A stretch of 64,000 nt of DNA from the human T2T-CHM13v2.0 reference genome, Homo sapiens, in assembly GCF_009914755.1 (NCBI RefSeq), contig NC_060948.1, one strand, 5' to 3'. Every line of letters starts with the position of its first letter. Positions within the stretch are counted from its first letter, which is position 1. Position numbers and translations under genes: made by a program. This document shows positions 31,905 through 51,254 of this stretch, piece by piece. The notes under the pieces were generated by a model that saw nothing but the letters and a program-made list of their open reading frames with translations, did no database searches and was not told where the DNA came from.

Positions 31905-34030
31905 AGATCCGTATTTTTTAAATGAAAAAAAATTTCAAAGGTACTCTGCTTGGTACAATAATCAAATGTATAAACTGAGGAATAAAACATAACCATGAAA
32001 CCTACTTATAACTGCATATGGAAAATACAGAGGATAATTTTTTAAATAACATATTTTGAAAGCCTTAACTAGTAATTTGAAGAGCTGGCATTTGAAAGGC
32101 CAGTATGAATATACCTTCAAAGCAGCAACACAGGTTCCCCATGAGAAAAAGCAAACACAGGGAAAATAAAAACACAAAGGTTCAATCTCTTCTGACCTTT
32201 GAAAGACACAGCACAGACAGTGGTCCTTAGGACGAAGAGCAGGAGACCCCTAATTCCGTCACCATGGCGATAGGGCATAAACATTGCTGGGTGAGGGCAC
32301 AATCCACATTGTGAGGTCCAACTGCTGCCAGGAAGACAGGAGTGCTTTTACATAGACCGAAAGGTCATTGAAGGCTCAGAGTTTTGTTTCAAGAACTGAA
32401 ACCCAAGCCCACACGTTATTAGGCTGCGCTTCTTAAAACAAGTTATGAGATGGGAAAAAGGGCACCCACAAACATACGTATACATTATGTATATAATAAT
32501 ATACAGTATCATATATATAATATATATAACCTATGTATAATATTGTTTTACATCCTGCATCTTATGTTATATATATTGTATAAAATATAATAGTTGAAAA
32601 TATATAAGTTTTATAATTATACAATATGACATATAGTATATATTATAATTTATGACATATATAATATATGTTATATGTCATATATAGAATATATTATACG
32701 GTTAATATACGTATTAAATATAAATTATACATTATATATATTATATATAATATATCTGTTATATATAATACCCATTATGCATAATATATATATTATGTCT
32801 ATGTTATATATAGTATAAAACAACATATAATAATATATAATTGTATATATAAAATGCGACATATAATATATATTATATTTTATAACATATGTAATATATA
32901 TTATATATTATATAATACGTTGTATGTATAATACCTATATTAAATATATATTATATGACTATGTTATTAATTACATGTCACATGTGTTATATATTATATA
33001 TTTTACATAGAATATACCGGTTACATACAATATATACTATGTTACCTATAATGTATAATTTATTACATGTAAAATAAAGAATGCAATATATTATGTATAA
33101 TTTATAATATACCATATGTGGAATGTGATATATATAACATATAATATATGATATATGATATACAGTATATGATATATAACATACAATATATGATTCCTAA
33201 TATATATGGTATACAATATATATTTTATGATATGTATTCTATATGTTTTATATTCTGTTATATATAACTATTTGAAATTATATATAACTGTATAATATTT
33301 TATGTAAATATGTAATATAATATATATAACTATATAATATATTATATATAACTATATATTATGTTATATATACTTTTATAACATAATTTACATAAAATAT
33401 CATAATATAATATATATTATATTATTTCATATTACATAATATATATTACATATCACCCAATAAAACTAACATACATAATATTATAATATAGATTATATTG
33501 TGTTATATTAAATATCATATATATCATGTATCATATATCCTATAATATATATTACACATTATATAATATGTATGTTGTCTATTATGTGATATATATAACT
33601 ATATATATAATTATATTTTTATACATATAACTAGATAAACATGTAATTCTACATATTTTCATTTATAATATGTAGAATTATATAATCATATATAATTATT
33701 TATATTCTATAAAAAATTTTATCATTATATAAATTATAATATATAAAAATTATAATATGTACTACAAATATATATATTATATATCATATATGATATAGTA
33801 CCTTTGTTATATTTCATAATACATATAAATGTGTATTATGTTATCTATAATTATATAATTTCATATATAAGATGTATAATGTGTATCATATATTATATAT
33901 GTTATGTAATATATATAGTATATATAAGATGACACAGGATAAATATTATATACTATGACATATAAAATATATGAGGTTATATGTTACATATAAGGCATAG
34001 CACAGAACATTTAATATATATCATATATAA

Positions 34031-34322
<292 letters not shown>

Positions 34323-36425
34323 AGATCCATATTTTTTAAATGAAAAAAAATTTCAAAGGTACTCTGCTTGGTACAATAATCAAATGTATAAACTGAGGAA
34401 TAAAACATAACCATGAAACCTACTTATAACTGCATATGGAAAATACAGAGGATAATTTTTTAAATAACATATTTTGAAAGCCTTAACTAGTAATTTGAAG
34501 AGTTGGCATTTGAAAGGCCAGTATGAATATACCTTCAAAGCAGCAACACAGGTTCCCCATGAGAAAAAGCAAACACAGGGAAAATAAAAACACAAAGGTT
34601 CAATCTCTTCTGACCTTTGAAAGACACAGCACAGACAGTGGTCCTTAGGACGAAGAGCAGGAGACCCCTAATTCCGTCACCATGGCGATAGGGCATAAAC
34701 ATTGCTGGGTGAGGGCACAATCCACATTGTGAGGTCCAACTGCTGCCAGGAAGACAGGAGTGCTTTTACATAGACCGAAAGGTCATTGAAGGCTCAGAGT
34801 TTTGTTTCAAGAACTGAATCCCAAGCCCACACGTTATTAGGCTGCGCTTCTTAAAACAAGTTATGAGATGGGAAAAAGGGCACCCACAAACATACGTATA
34901 CATTATGTATATAATAATATACAGTATCATATATATAATATATATAACCTATGTATAATATTGTTTTACATCCTGCATCTTATGTTATATATATTGTATA
35001 AAATATAATAATTGATAATATATAAGTTTTATAATTATACAATATGACATATAGTATATATTATAATTTATGACATATATAATATATGTTATATGTCATA
35101 TATAGAATATATTATACGGTTAATATACGTATTAAATATAAATTATACATTATATATATTATATATAATATATCTGTTATATATAATACCCATTATGCAT
35201 AATATATATATTATGTCTATGTTATATATAGTATAAAACAACATATAATAATATATAATTGTATATATAAAATGCGACATATAATATATATTATATTTTA
35301 TAACATATGTAATATATATTATATATTATATATAATACGTTGTATGTATAATACCTATATTAAATATACATTATATGACTATGTTATTAATTACATGTCA
35401 CATGTGTTATATATTATATATTTTACATAGAATATACCGGTTACATACAATATATACTATGTTACCTATAATGTATAATTTATTACATGTAAAATAAAGA
35501 ATGCAATATATTATGTAAAATTTATAATATACCATATGTGGAATGTGATATATATAACATATAATATATGATATATGATATACAGTATATGATATATAAC
35601 ATACAATATATGATTCCTAATATATATGGTATACAATATATATTTTATGATATGTATTCTATATGTTTTATATTCTGTTATATATAACTATTTGAAATTA
35701 TATATAACTGTATAATATTTTATGTAAATATGTAATATAATATATATAACTATATAATATATTATATATAACTATATATTATGTTATATATACTTTTATA
35801 ACATAATTTACATAAAATATCATAATATAATATATATTATATTATTTCATATTACATAATATATATTACATATCACCCAATATAACTAACATACATAATA
35901 TTATAATATAGATTATATTATGTTATATTAAATATCATATATATCATGTATCATATATTCTATAATATATATTACACATTATATAATATGTATGTTGTCT
36001 ATTATGTGATATATATAACTATATATAATTATATTTTTATACATATAACTAGATAAACATGTAATTCTACATATTTTCGTTTATAATATGTAGAATTATA
36101 TAATCATATATAATTATTTATATTCTATAAAAAATTTTATCATTATATAAATTATAATATATAAAAATTATAATATGTACTACAAATATATATATTATAT
36201 ATCATATATGCTATAGTACCTTTGTTATATATCATAATACATATAAATGTGTATTATGTTATCTATAATTATATAATTTCATATATAAGATGTATAATGT
36301 GTATCATATATTATATATGTTATGTAATATATATAGTATATATAAGATGACACAGGATAAATATTATATACTATGACATATAAAATATATGAGGTTATAT
36401 GTTACATATAAGGCATAGCACATAA

Positions 36426-36740
<315 letters not shown>

Positions 36741-38866
36741 AGATCCATATTTTTTAAATGAAAAAAAATTTCAAAGGTACTCTGCTTGGTACAATAATCA
36801 AATGTATAAACTGAGGAATAAAACATAACCATGAAACCTACTTATAACTGCATATGGAAAATACAGAGGATAATTTTTTAAATAACATATTTTGAAAGCC
36901 TTAACTAGTATTTTGAAGAGTTGGCATTTGAAAGGCCAGTATGAATATACCTTCAAAGCAGCAACACAGGTTCCCCATGAGAAAAAGCAAACACAGGGAA
37001 AATAAAAACACAAAGGTTCAATCTCTTCTGACCTTTGAAAGACACAGCACAGACAGTGGTCCTTAGGACGAAGAGCAGGAGACCCCTAATTCCGTCACCA
37101 TGGCGATAGGGCATAAACATTGCTGGGTGAGGGCACAATCCATATTGTGAGGTCCAACTGCTGCCAGGAAGACAGGAGTGCTTTTACATAGACCGAAAGG
37201 TCATTGAAGGCTCAGAGTTTTGTTTCAAGAACTGAATCCCAAGCCCACACGTTATTAGGCTGCGCTTCTTAAAACAAGTTATGAGATGGGAAAAAGGGCA
37301 CCCACAAACATACGTATACATTATGTATATAATAATATACAGTATCATATATATAATATATATAACCTATGTATAATATTGTTTTACATCCTGCATCTTA
37401 TGTTATATATATTGTATAAAATATAATAGTTGATAATATATAAGTTTTATAATTATACAATATGACATATAGTATATATTATAATTTATGACATATATAA
37501 TATATGTTATATGTCATATATAGAATATATTATACGGTTAATATACGTATTAAATATAAATTATACATTATATATATTATATATAATATATCTGTTATAT
37601 ATAATACCCATTATGCATAATATATATATTATGTCTATGTTATATATAGTATAAAACAACATATAATAATATATAATTGTATATATAAAATGCGACATAT
37701 AATATATATTATATTTTATAACATATGTAATATATATTATATATTATATATAATACGTTGTATGTATAATACCTATATTAAATATATATTATATGACTAT
37801 GTTATTAATTACGTGTCACATGTGTTATATATTATATATTTTACATAGAATATACCGGTTACATACAATATATACTATGTTACCTATAATGTATAATTTA
37901 TTACATGTAAAATAAAGAATGCAATATATTATGTAAAATTTATAATATACCATAGGTGGAATGTGATATATATAACATATAATATATGATATATGATATA
38001 CAGTATATGATATATAACATACAATATATGATTCCTAATATATATGGTATACAATATATATTTTATGATATGTATTCTATATGTTTTATATTCTGTTATA
38101 TATAACTATTTGAAATTATATATAACTGTATAATATTTTATGTAAATATGTAATATAATATATATAACTATATAATATATTATATATAACTATATATTAT
38201 GTTATATATACTTTTATAACATAATTTACATAAAATATCATAATATAATATATATTATATTATTTCATATTACATAATATATATTACATATCACCCAATA
38301 TAACTAACATACATAATATTATAATATAGATTATATTATGTTATATTAAATATCATATATATCATGTATCATATATTCTATAATATATATTACACATTAT
38401 ATAATATGTATGTTGTCTATTATGTGATATATATAACTATATATAATTATATTTTTATACATATAACTAGATAAACATGTAATTCTACATATTTTCGTTT
38501 ATAATATGTAGAATTATATAATCATATATAATTATTTATATTCTATAAAAAATTTTATCATTATATAAATTATAATATATAAAAATTATAATATGTACTA
38601 CAAATATATATATTATATATCATATATGCTATAGTACCTTTGTTATATATCATAATACATATAAATGTGTATTATGTTATCTATAATTATATAATTTCAT
38701 ATATAAGTTGTATAATATGTATCATATATTATATATGTTATGTAATATATATAGTATATATAAGATGACACAGGATAAATATTATATACTATGAGATATA
38801 AAATATATGAGGTTATATGTTACATATAAGGCATAGCACATAACATGTAATACATATCATATATAA

Positions 38867-39158
38867 TTTTTTTTTAGACAGAATCTTGTCCTGTTGCACA
38901 GTGTGGGGTACAATGGCGCCATCTTTGCTCACTGCAACTTCTGCCTCACGGGTCCAAGCGATTCTCCTCCCTCAGCCTCCCAGGTAGCTGGGACTACACC
39001 ACACTGGGACTACACCAGCTGCCACCATGCCTAGCTAATTATTTGGATTTTTAGTAGTGACAGCGTTTCACTGTATTGGCCAGGATGGTCTTGATCTCTT
39101 CACCTTGTGATCCCCTTGCCTTGGCCTCCAAATTTGCTGGGATTACAGGCCTGAGCCA
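38867..39158 (-). mobile_element. Alu fragment, DYZ2 unit 17
   Basis: Copy of 157..448 with a few substitutions. Confidence 0.93.
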
Positions 39159-41261
39159 AGATCCATATTTTTTAAATGAAAAAAAATTTCAAAGGTACTC
39201 TGCTTGGTACAATAATCAAATGTATAAACTGAGGAATAAAACATAACCATGAAACCTACTTATAACTGCATATGGAAAATACAGAGGATAATTTTTTAAA
39301 TAACATATTTTGAAAGCCTTAACTAGTAATTTGAAGAGCTGGCATTTGAAAGGCCAGTATGAATATACCTTCAAAGCAGCAACACAGGTTCCCCATGAGA
39401 AAAAGCAAACACAGGGAAAATAAAAACACAAAGGTTCAATCTCTTGTGACCTTTGAAAGACACAGCACAGACAGTGGTCCTTAGGACGAAGAGCAGGAGA
39501 CCCCTAATTCCGTCACCATGGCGATAGGGCATAAACATTGCTGGGTGAGGGCACAATCCACATTGTGAGGTCCAACTGCTGCCAGGAAGACAGGAGTGCT
39601 TTTACATAGACCGAAAGGTCATTGAAGGCTCAGAGTTTTGTTTCAAGAACTGAATCCCAAGCCCACACGTTATTAGGCTGCGCTTCTTTAAACAAGTTAT
39701 GAGATGGGAAAAAGGGCACCCACAAACATACGTATACATTATGTATATAATAATATACAGTATCATATATATAATATATATAACCTATGTATAATATTGT
39801 TTTACATCCTGCATCTTATGTTATATATATTGTATAAAATATAATAGTTGATAATATATAAGTTTTATAATTATACAATATGACATATAGTATATATTAT
39901 AATTTATGACATATATAATATATGTTATATGTCATATATAGAATATATTATACGGTTAATATACGTATTAAATATAAATTATACATTATATATATTATAT
40001 ATAATATATCTGTTATATATAATACCCATTATGCATAATATATATATTATATCTATGTTATATATAGTATAAAACAACATATAATAATATATAATTGTAT
40101 ATATAAAATGCGACATATAATATATATTATATTTTATAACATATGTAATATATATTATATATTATATATAATACGTTGTATGTATAATACCTATATTAAA
40201 TATATATTATATGACTATGTTATTAATTACATGTCACATGTGTTATATATTATATATTTTACATAGAATATACCGGTTACATACAATATATACTATGTTA
40301 CCTATAATGTATAATTTATTACATGTAAAATAAAGAATGCAATATATTATGTAAAATTTATAATATACCATATGTGGAATGTGATATATATAACATATAA
40401 TATATGATATATGATATACAGTATATGATATATAACATACAATATATGATTCCTAATATATATGGTATACAATATATATTTTATGATATGTATTCTATAT
40501 GTTTTATATTCTGTTATATATAACTATTTGAAATTATATATAACTGTATAATATTTTATGTAAATATGTAATATAATATATATAACTATATAATATATTA
40601 TATATAACTATATATTATGTTATATATACTTTTATAACATAATTTACATAAAATATCATAATATAATATATATTATATTATTTCATATTACATAATATAT
40701 ATTACATATCACCCAATATAACTAACATACATAATATTATAATATAGATTATATTATGTTATATTAAATATCATATATATCATGTATCATATATTCTATA
40801 ATATATATTACACATTATATAATATGTATGTTGTCTATTATGTGATATATATAACTATATATAATTATATTTTTATACATATAACTAGATAAACATGTAA
40901 TTCTACATATTTTCGTTTATAATATGTAGAATTATATAATCATATATAATTATTTATATTCTATAAAAAATTTTATCATTATATAAATTATAATATATAA
41001 AAATTATAATATGTACTACAAATATATATATTATATATCATATATGCTATAGTACCTTTGTTATATATCATAATACATATAAATGTGTATTATGTTATCT
41101 ATAATTATATAATTTCATATATAAGATGTATAATGTGTATCATATATTATATATGTTATGTAATATATATAGTATATATAAGATGACACAGGATAAATAT
41201 TATATACTATGACATATAAAATATATGAGGTTATATGTTACATATAAGGCATAGCACATAA

Positions 41262-41576
<315 letters not shown>

Positions 41577-43702
41577 AGATCCATATTTTTTAAATGAAAA
41601 AAAATTTCAAAGGTACTCTGCTTGGTACAATAATCAAATGTATAAACTGAGGAATAAAACATAACCATGAAACCTACTTATAACTGCATATGGAAAATAC
41701 AGAGGATAATTTTTTAAATAACATATTTTGAAAGCCTTAACTAGTATTTTGAAGAGTTGGCATTTGAAAGGCCAGTATGAATATACCTTCAAAGCAGCAA
41801 CACAGGTTCCCCATGAGAAAAAGCAAACACAGGGAAAATAAAAACACAAAGGTTCAATCTCTTCTGACCTTTGAAAGACACAGCACAGACAGTGGTCCTT
41901 AGGACGAAGAGCAGGAGACCCCTAATTCCGTCACCATGGCGATAGGGCATAAACATTGCTGGGTGAGGGCACAATCCATATTGTGAGGTCCAACTGCTGC
42001 CAGGAAGACAGGAGTGCTTTTACATAGACCGAAAGGTCATTGAAGGCTCAGAGTTTTGTTTCAAGAACTGAATCCCAAGCCCACACGTTATTAGGCTGCG
42101 CTTCTTAAAACAAGTTATGAGATGGGAAAAAGGGCACCCACAAACATACGTATACATTATGTATATAATAATATACAGTATCATATATATAATATATATA
42201 ACCTATGTATAATATTGTTTTACATCCTGCATCTTATGTTATATATATTGTATAAAATATAATAGTTGATAATATATAAGTTTTATAATTATACAATATG
42301 ACATATAGTATATATTATAATTTATGACATATATAATATATGTTATATGTCATATATAGAATATATTATACGGTTAATATACGTATTAAATATAAATTAT
42401 ACATTATATATATTATATATAATATATCTGTTATATATAATACCCATTATGCATAATATATATATTATGTCTATGTTATATATAGTATAAAACAACATAT
42501 AATAATATATAATTGTATATATAAAATGCGACATATAATATATATTATATTTTATAACATATGTAATATATATTATATATTATATATAATACGTTGTATG
42601 TATAATACCTATATTAAATATATATTATATGACTATGTTATTAATTACGTGTCACATGTGTTATATATTATATATTTTACATAGAATATACCGGTTACAT
42701 ACAATATATACTATGTTACCTATAATGTATAATTTATTACATGTAAAATAAAGAATGCAATATATTATGTAAAATTTATAATATACCATAGGTGGAATGT
42801 GATATATATAACATATAATATATGATATATGATATACAGTATATGATATATAACATACAATATATGATTCCTAATATATATGGTATACAATATATATTTT
42901 ATGATATGTATTCTATATGTTTTATATTCTGTTATATATAACTATTTGAAATTATATATAACTGTATAATATTTTATGTAAATATGTAATATAATATATA
43001 TAACTATATAATATATTATATATAACTATATATTATGTTATATATACTTTTATAACATAATTTACATAAAATATCATAATATAATATATATTATATTATT
43101 TCATATTACATAATATATATTACATATCACCCAATATAACTAACATACATAATATTATAATATAGATTATATTATGTTATATTAAATATCATATATATCA
43201 TGTATCATATATTCTATAATATATATTACACATTATATAATATGTATGTTGTCTATTATGTGATATATATAACTATATATAATTATATTTTTATACATAT
43301 AACTAGATAAACATGTAATTCTACATATTTTCGTTTATAATATGTAGAATTATATAATCATATATAATTATTTATATTCTATAAAAAATTTTATCATTAT
43401 ATAAATTATAATATATAAAAATTATAATATGTACTACAAATATATATATTATATATCATATATGCTATAGTACCTTTGTTATATATCATAATACATATAA
43501 ATGTGTATTATGTTATCTATAATTATATAATTTCATATATAAGTTGTATAATATGTATCATATATTATATATGTTATGTAATATATATAGTATATATAAG
43601 ATGACACAGGATAAATATTATATACTATGAGATATAAAATATATGAGGTTATATGTTACATATAAGGCATAGCACATAACATGTAATACATATCATATAT
43701 AA

Positions 43703-43994
43703 TTTTTTTTTAGACAGAATCTTGTCCTGTTGCACAGTGTGGGGTACAATGGCGCCATCTTTGCTCACTGCAACTTCTGCCTCACGGGTCCAAGCGATTC
43801 TCCTCCCTCAGCCTCCCAGGTAGCTGGGACTACACCACACTGGGACTACACCAGCTGCCACCATGCCTAGCTAATTATTTGGATTTTTAGTAGTGACAGC
43901 GTTTCACTGTATTGGCCAGGATGGTCTTGATCTCTTCACCTTGTGATCCCCTTGCCTTGGCCTCCAAATTTGCTGGGATTACAGGCCTGAGCCA
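43703..43994 (-). mobile_element. Alu fragment, DYZ2 unit 19
   Basis: Copy of 157..448; same variants as unit 17. Confidence 0.93.
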
Positions 43995-46122
43995 AGATCC
44001 ATATTTTTTAAATGAAAAAAAATTTCAAAGGTACTCTGCTTGGTACAATAATCAAATGTATAAACTGAGGAATAAAACATAACCATGAAACCTACTTATA
44101 ACTGCATATGGAAAATACAGAGGATAATTTTTTAAATAACATATTTTGAAAGCCTTAACTAGTAATTTGAAGAGCTGGCATTTGAAAGGCCAGTATGAAT
44201 ATACCTTCAAAGCAGCAACACAGGTTCCCCATGAGAAAAAGCAAACACAGGGAAAATAAAAACACAAAGGTTCAATCTCTTGTGACCTTTGAAAGACACA
44301 GCACAGACAGTGGTCCTTAGGACGAAGAGCAGGAGACCCCTAATTCCGTCACCATGGCGATAGGGCATAAACATTGCTGGGTGAGGGCACAATCCACATT
44401 GTGAGGTCCAACTGCTGCCAGGAAGACAGGAGTGCTTTTACATAGACCGAAAGGTCATTGAAGGCTCAGAGTTTTGTTTCAAGAACTGAATCCCAAGCCC
44501 ACACGTTATTAGGCTGCGCTTCTTTAAACAAGTTATGAGATGGGAAAAAGGGCACCCACAAACATACGTATACATTATGTATATAATAATATACAGTATC
44601 ATATATATAATATATATAACCTATGTATAATATTGTTTTACATCCTGCATCTTATGTTATATATATTGTATAAAATATAATAGTTGATAATATATAAGTT
44701 TTATAATTATACAATATGACATATAGTATATATTATAATTTATGACATATATAATATATGTTATATGTCATATATAGAATATATTATACGGTTAATATAC
44801 GTATTAAATATAAATTATACATTATATATATTATATATAATATATCTGTTATATATAATACCCATTATGCATAATATATATATTATATCTATGTTATATA
44901 TAGTATAAAACAACATATAATAATATATAATTGTATATATAAAATGCGACATATAATATATATTATATTTTATAACATATGTAATATATATTATATATTA
45001 TATATAATACGTTGTAAGTATAATACCTATATTAAATATATATTATATGACTATGTTATTAATTACGTGTCACATGTGTTATATATTATATATTTTACAT
45101 AGAATATACCGGTTACATACAATATATACTATGTTACCTATAATGTACAATTTATTACATGTAAAATAAAGAATGCAATACATTATGTATAATTTATAAT
45201 ATACCATATGTGGAATGTGATATATATAACATATAATATATGATATATGATATACAGTATATGATATATAACATACAATATATGATTCCTAATATATATG
45301 GTATACAATATATATTTTATGATATGTATTCTATATGTTTTATATTCTGTTATATATAACTATTTGAAATTATATATAACTGTATAATATTTTATGTAAA
45401 TATGTAATATAATATATATAACTATATAATATATTATATATAACTATATATTATGTTATATATACTTTTATAACATAATTTACATAAAATATCATAATAT
45501 AATATATATTATATTATTTCATATTACATAATATATATTACATATCACCCAATATAACTAACATACATAATATTATAATATAGATTATATTGCGTTATAT
45601 TAAATATCATATATATCATGTATCATATATTCTATAATATATATTACACATTATATAATATGTATGTTGTCTATTATGTGATATATATAACTATATATAT
45701 AATTATATTTTTATACATATAACTAGATAAACATGTAATTCTACATATTTTCATTTATAATATGTAGAATTATATAATCATATATAATTATTTATATTCT
45801 ATAAAAAATTTTATCATTATATAAATTATAATATATAAAAATTATAATATGTACTACAAATATATATATTATATATCATATATGCTATAGTACTATTGTT
45901 ATATTTCATAATACATATAAATGTGTATTATGTTATCTATAATTATATAATTTCATATATAAGGTGTATAATATGTATCATAAATTATATATGTTGTGTA
46001 ATATATATAGTATATATAAGATGACACAGGATAAATATGATATACTATGACATATAAAATATATGAGGTTATATGTTACATATAAGGCATAGCACATAAC
46101 ATGTAATATATATCATATATAA

Positions 46123-46414
46123 TTTTTTTTTAGACAGAATCTTGTCCTGTTGCACAGGGTGGGGTACAATGGCGCCATCTTTGCTGACTGCAAATTCTGC
46201 CTCACGGGTCCAAGCGATTGTCCTCCCTCAGCCTCCCAGGTAGCTGGGACTACACCACACAGGGACTACACCAGCTGCCACCATGCCTAGCTAATTTTTT
46301 GGATTTTTAGTAGTGACAGCGTTTCACTGTATTGGCCAGGATGGTCTTGATCTCTTCACCTTGTGATCCCCTTGCCTTGGCCTCCAAATTTGCTGGGATT
46401 ACAGGCCTGAGCCA
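46123..46414 (-). mobile_element. Alu fragment, DYZ2 unit 20
   Basis: Near-identical copy of 157..448. Confidence 0.93.
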
Positions 46415-48519
46415 AGATCCATATTTTTTAAATGAAAAAAAATTTCAAAGGTACTCTGCTTGGTACAATAATCAAATGTATAAACTGAGGAATAAAACAT
46501 AACCATGAAACCTACTTATAACTGCATATGGAAAATACAGAGGATAATTTTTTAAATAACATATTTTGAAAGCCTTAACTAGTAATTTGAAGAGTTGGCA
46601 TTTGAAAGGCCAGTATGAATATACCTTCAAAGCAGCAACACAGGTTCCCCATGAGAAAAAGCAAACACAGGGAAAATAAAAACACAAAGGTTCAATCTCT
46701 TCTGACCTTTGAAAGACACAGCACAGACAGTGGTCCTTAGGACGAAGAGCAGGAGACCCCTAATTCCGTCACCATGACGATAGGGCATAAACATTGCTGG
46801 GTGAGGGCACAATCCACATTGTGAGGTCCAACTGCTGCCAGGAAGACAGGAGTGCTTTTACATAGACCGAAAGGTCATTGAAGGCTCAGAGTTTTGTTTC
46901 AAGAACTGAATCCCAAGCCCACACGTTATTAGGCTGCGCTTCTTAAAACAAGTTATGAGATGGGAAAAAGGGCACCCACAAACATACGTATACATTATGT
47001 ATATAATAATATACAGTATCATATATATAATATATATAACCTATGTATAATACTGTTTTACATCCTGCATCTTATGTTATATATATTGTATAAAATATAA
47101 TAATTGATAATATATAAGTTTTATAATTATACAATATGACATATAGTATATATTATAATTTATGACATATATAATATATGTTATATGTCATATATAGAAT
47201 ATATTATACGGTTAATATACGTATTAAATATAAATTATACATTATATATATTATATACAATATATCTGTTATATATAATACCCATTATGCATAATATATA
47301 TATTATGTCTATGTTATATATAGTATAAAACAACATATAATAATATATAATTGTATATATAAAATGCGACATATAATATATATTATATTTTATAACATAT
47401 GTAATATATATTATATATTATATATAACACGTTGTATGTATAATACCTATATTAAATATATATTATATGACTATGTTATTAATTACATGTCACATGTGTT
47501 ATATATTATATATTTTACATAGAATATACCGGTTACATACAATATATACTATGTTACCTATAATGTATAATTTATTACATGTAAAATAAAGAATGCAATA
47601 TATTATGTATAATTTATAATATACCATATGTGGAATGTGATATATATAACATATAATATATGATATATGATATACAGTATATGATATATAACATACAATA
47701 TATGATTCCTAATATATATGGTATACAATATATATTTTATGATATGTATTCTATATGTTTTATATTCTGTTATATATAACTATTTGAAATTATATATAAC
47801 TGTATAATATTTTATGTAAATATGTAATATAATATATATAACTATATAATATATTATATATAACTATATATTATGTTATATATACTTTTATAACATAATT
47901 TACATAAAATATCATACTATAATATATATTATATTATTTCATATTACATAATATATATTACATATCACCCAATATAACTAACATACATAATATTATAATA
48001 TAGATTATATTGTGTTATATTAAATATCATATATATCATGTATCATATATTCTATAATATATATTACACATTATATAATATGTATGTTGTCTATTATGTG
48101 ATATATATAACTATATATATAATTATATTTTTATACATATAACTAGATAAACATGTAATTCTACATATTTTCATTTATAATATGTAGAATTATATAATCA
48201 TATATAATTATTTATATTCTATAAAAAATTTTATCATTATATAAATTATAATATATAAAAATTATAATATGTACTACAAATATATATATTATATATCATA
48301 TATGATATAGTACCTTTGTTATATATCATAATACATATACATGTGTATTATGTTATCTATAATTATATAATTTCATATATAAGATGTATAATATGTATCA
48401 TATATTATATAAGTTATGTAATATATATAGTATATATAAGATGACAAAGGATAAATATTATATACTATGACATATAAAATATATGAGGTTATATGTTACA
48501 TATAAGGCATAGCACATAA

Positions 48520-48834
<315 letters not shown>

Positions 48835-50939
48835 AGATCCATATTTTTTAAATGAAAAAAAATTTCAAAGGTACTCTGCTTGGTACAATAATCAAATGTA
48901 TAAACTGAGGAATAAAACATAACCATGAAACCTACTTATAACTGCATATGGAAAATACAGAAGATAATTTTTTAAATAACATATTTTGAAAGCCTTAACT
49001 AGTAATTTGAAGAGTTGGCATTTGAAAGGCCAGTATGAATATACCTTCAAAGCAGCAACACAGGTTCCCCATGAGAAAAAGCAAACACAGGGAAAATTAA
49101 AACACAAAGGTTCAATCTCTTCTGACCTTTGAAAGACACAGCACAGACAGTGGTCCTTAGGAGGAAGAGCACGAGACCCCTAATTCCGTCACCATGGCGA
49201 TAGGGCATAAACATTGCTGGGTGAGGGCACAATCCACATTGTGAGGTCCAACTGCTGCCAGGAAGACAGGAGTGCTTTTACATAGACCGAAAGGTCATTG
49301 AAGGCTCAGAGTTTTGTTTCAAGAACTGAATCCCAAGCCCACACGTTATTAGGCTGCGCTTCTTAAAACAAGTTATGAGATGGGAAAAAGGGCACCCACA
49401 AACATACGTATACATTATGTATATAATAATATACAGTATCATATATATAATATATATAACCTATGTATAATATTGTTTTACATCCTGCATCTTATGTTAT
49501 ATATATTGTATAAAATATAATAATTGATAATATATAAGTTTTATAATTATACAATAAGACATATAGTATATATTATAATTTGTGACATATATAATATATG
49601 TTATATGTCATATATAGAATATATTATACGGTTAATATACGTATTAAATATAAATTATACATTATATATATTATATATATTATATCTGTTATATATAATA
49701 CCCATTATGCTTAATATATATATTATGTCTATGTTATATATAGTATAAAACAACATATAATAATATATAATTGTATATATAAAATGCGACATATAATATA
49801 TATTATATTTTATAACATATGTAATATATATTATATATTATATATAATACGTTGTATGTATAATACCTATATTAAATATATATTATATGACTATGTTATT
49901 AATTACATGTCACATGTGTTATATATTATATATTTTACATAGAATATACCGGTTACATACAATATATACTATGTTACCTATAATGTATAATTTTTTACAT
50001 GTAAAATAAAGAATGCAATATATTATGTATAATTTATAATATACCATATGTGGAATGTGATATATATAACATATAATATATGATATATGATATACAGTAT
50101 ATGATATATAACATACAATATATGATTCCTAATATATATGGTATACAATATATATTTTATGATATGTATTCTATATGTTTTATATTCTGTTATATATAAC
50201 TATTTGAAATTATATATAACTGTATAATATTTTATGTAAATATGTAATATAATATATATAACTATATAATATATTATATATAACTATATATTATGTTATA
50301 TATACTTTTATAACATAATTTACATAAAATATCATAATATAATATATATTATATTATTTCATATTACATAATATATATTACATATCACCCAATATAAGTA
50401 ACATACATAATATTATAATATAGATTATATTGTGTTATATTAAATATCATATATATCATGTATCATATATTCTATAATATATATTACACATTATATAATA
50501 TGTATGTTGTCTATTATGTGATATACATAACTATATATATAATTATATTTTTATACATATAACTAGATAAACATGTAATTCTACATATTTTCATTTATAA
50601 TATGTAGAATTATATAATCATATATAATTATTTATATTCTATAAAAAATTTTATCATTATATAAATTATAATATATAAAAATTATAATATGTACTACAAA
50701 TATATATATTATATATCATATATGATATAGTACCTTTGTTATATATCATAATACATATAAATGTGTATTATGTTATCTATAATTATATAATTTCATATAA
50801 AAGATGTATAATATGTATCATATATTATATATGTTATGAAATATATATAGTATATATAAGATGACACAGGATAAATATTATATACTATGACATATAAAAT
50901 ATATGAGGTTACATGTTACATATAAGGCATAGCACATAA

Positions 50940-51254
<315 letters not shown>

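Noticed and set aside
49524-49748. Unique 74-aa + strand ORF
   Set aside because: TTG start, Ile/Tyr low-complexity translation of TA repeats, created by a single TGA>AGA change.
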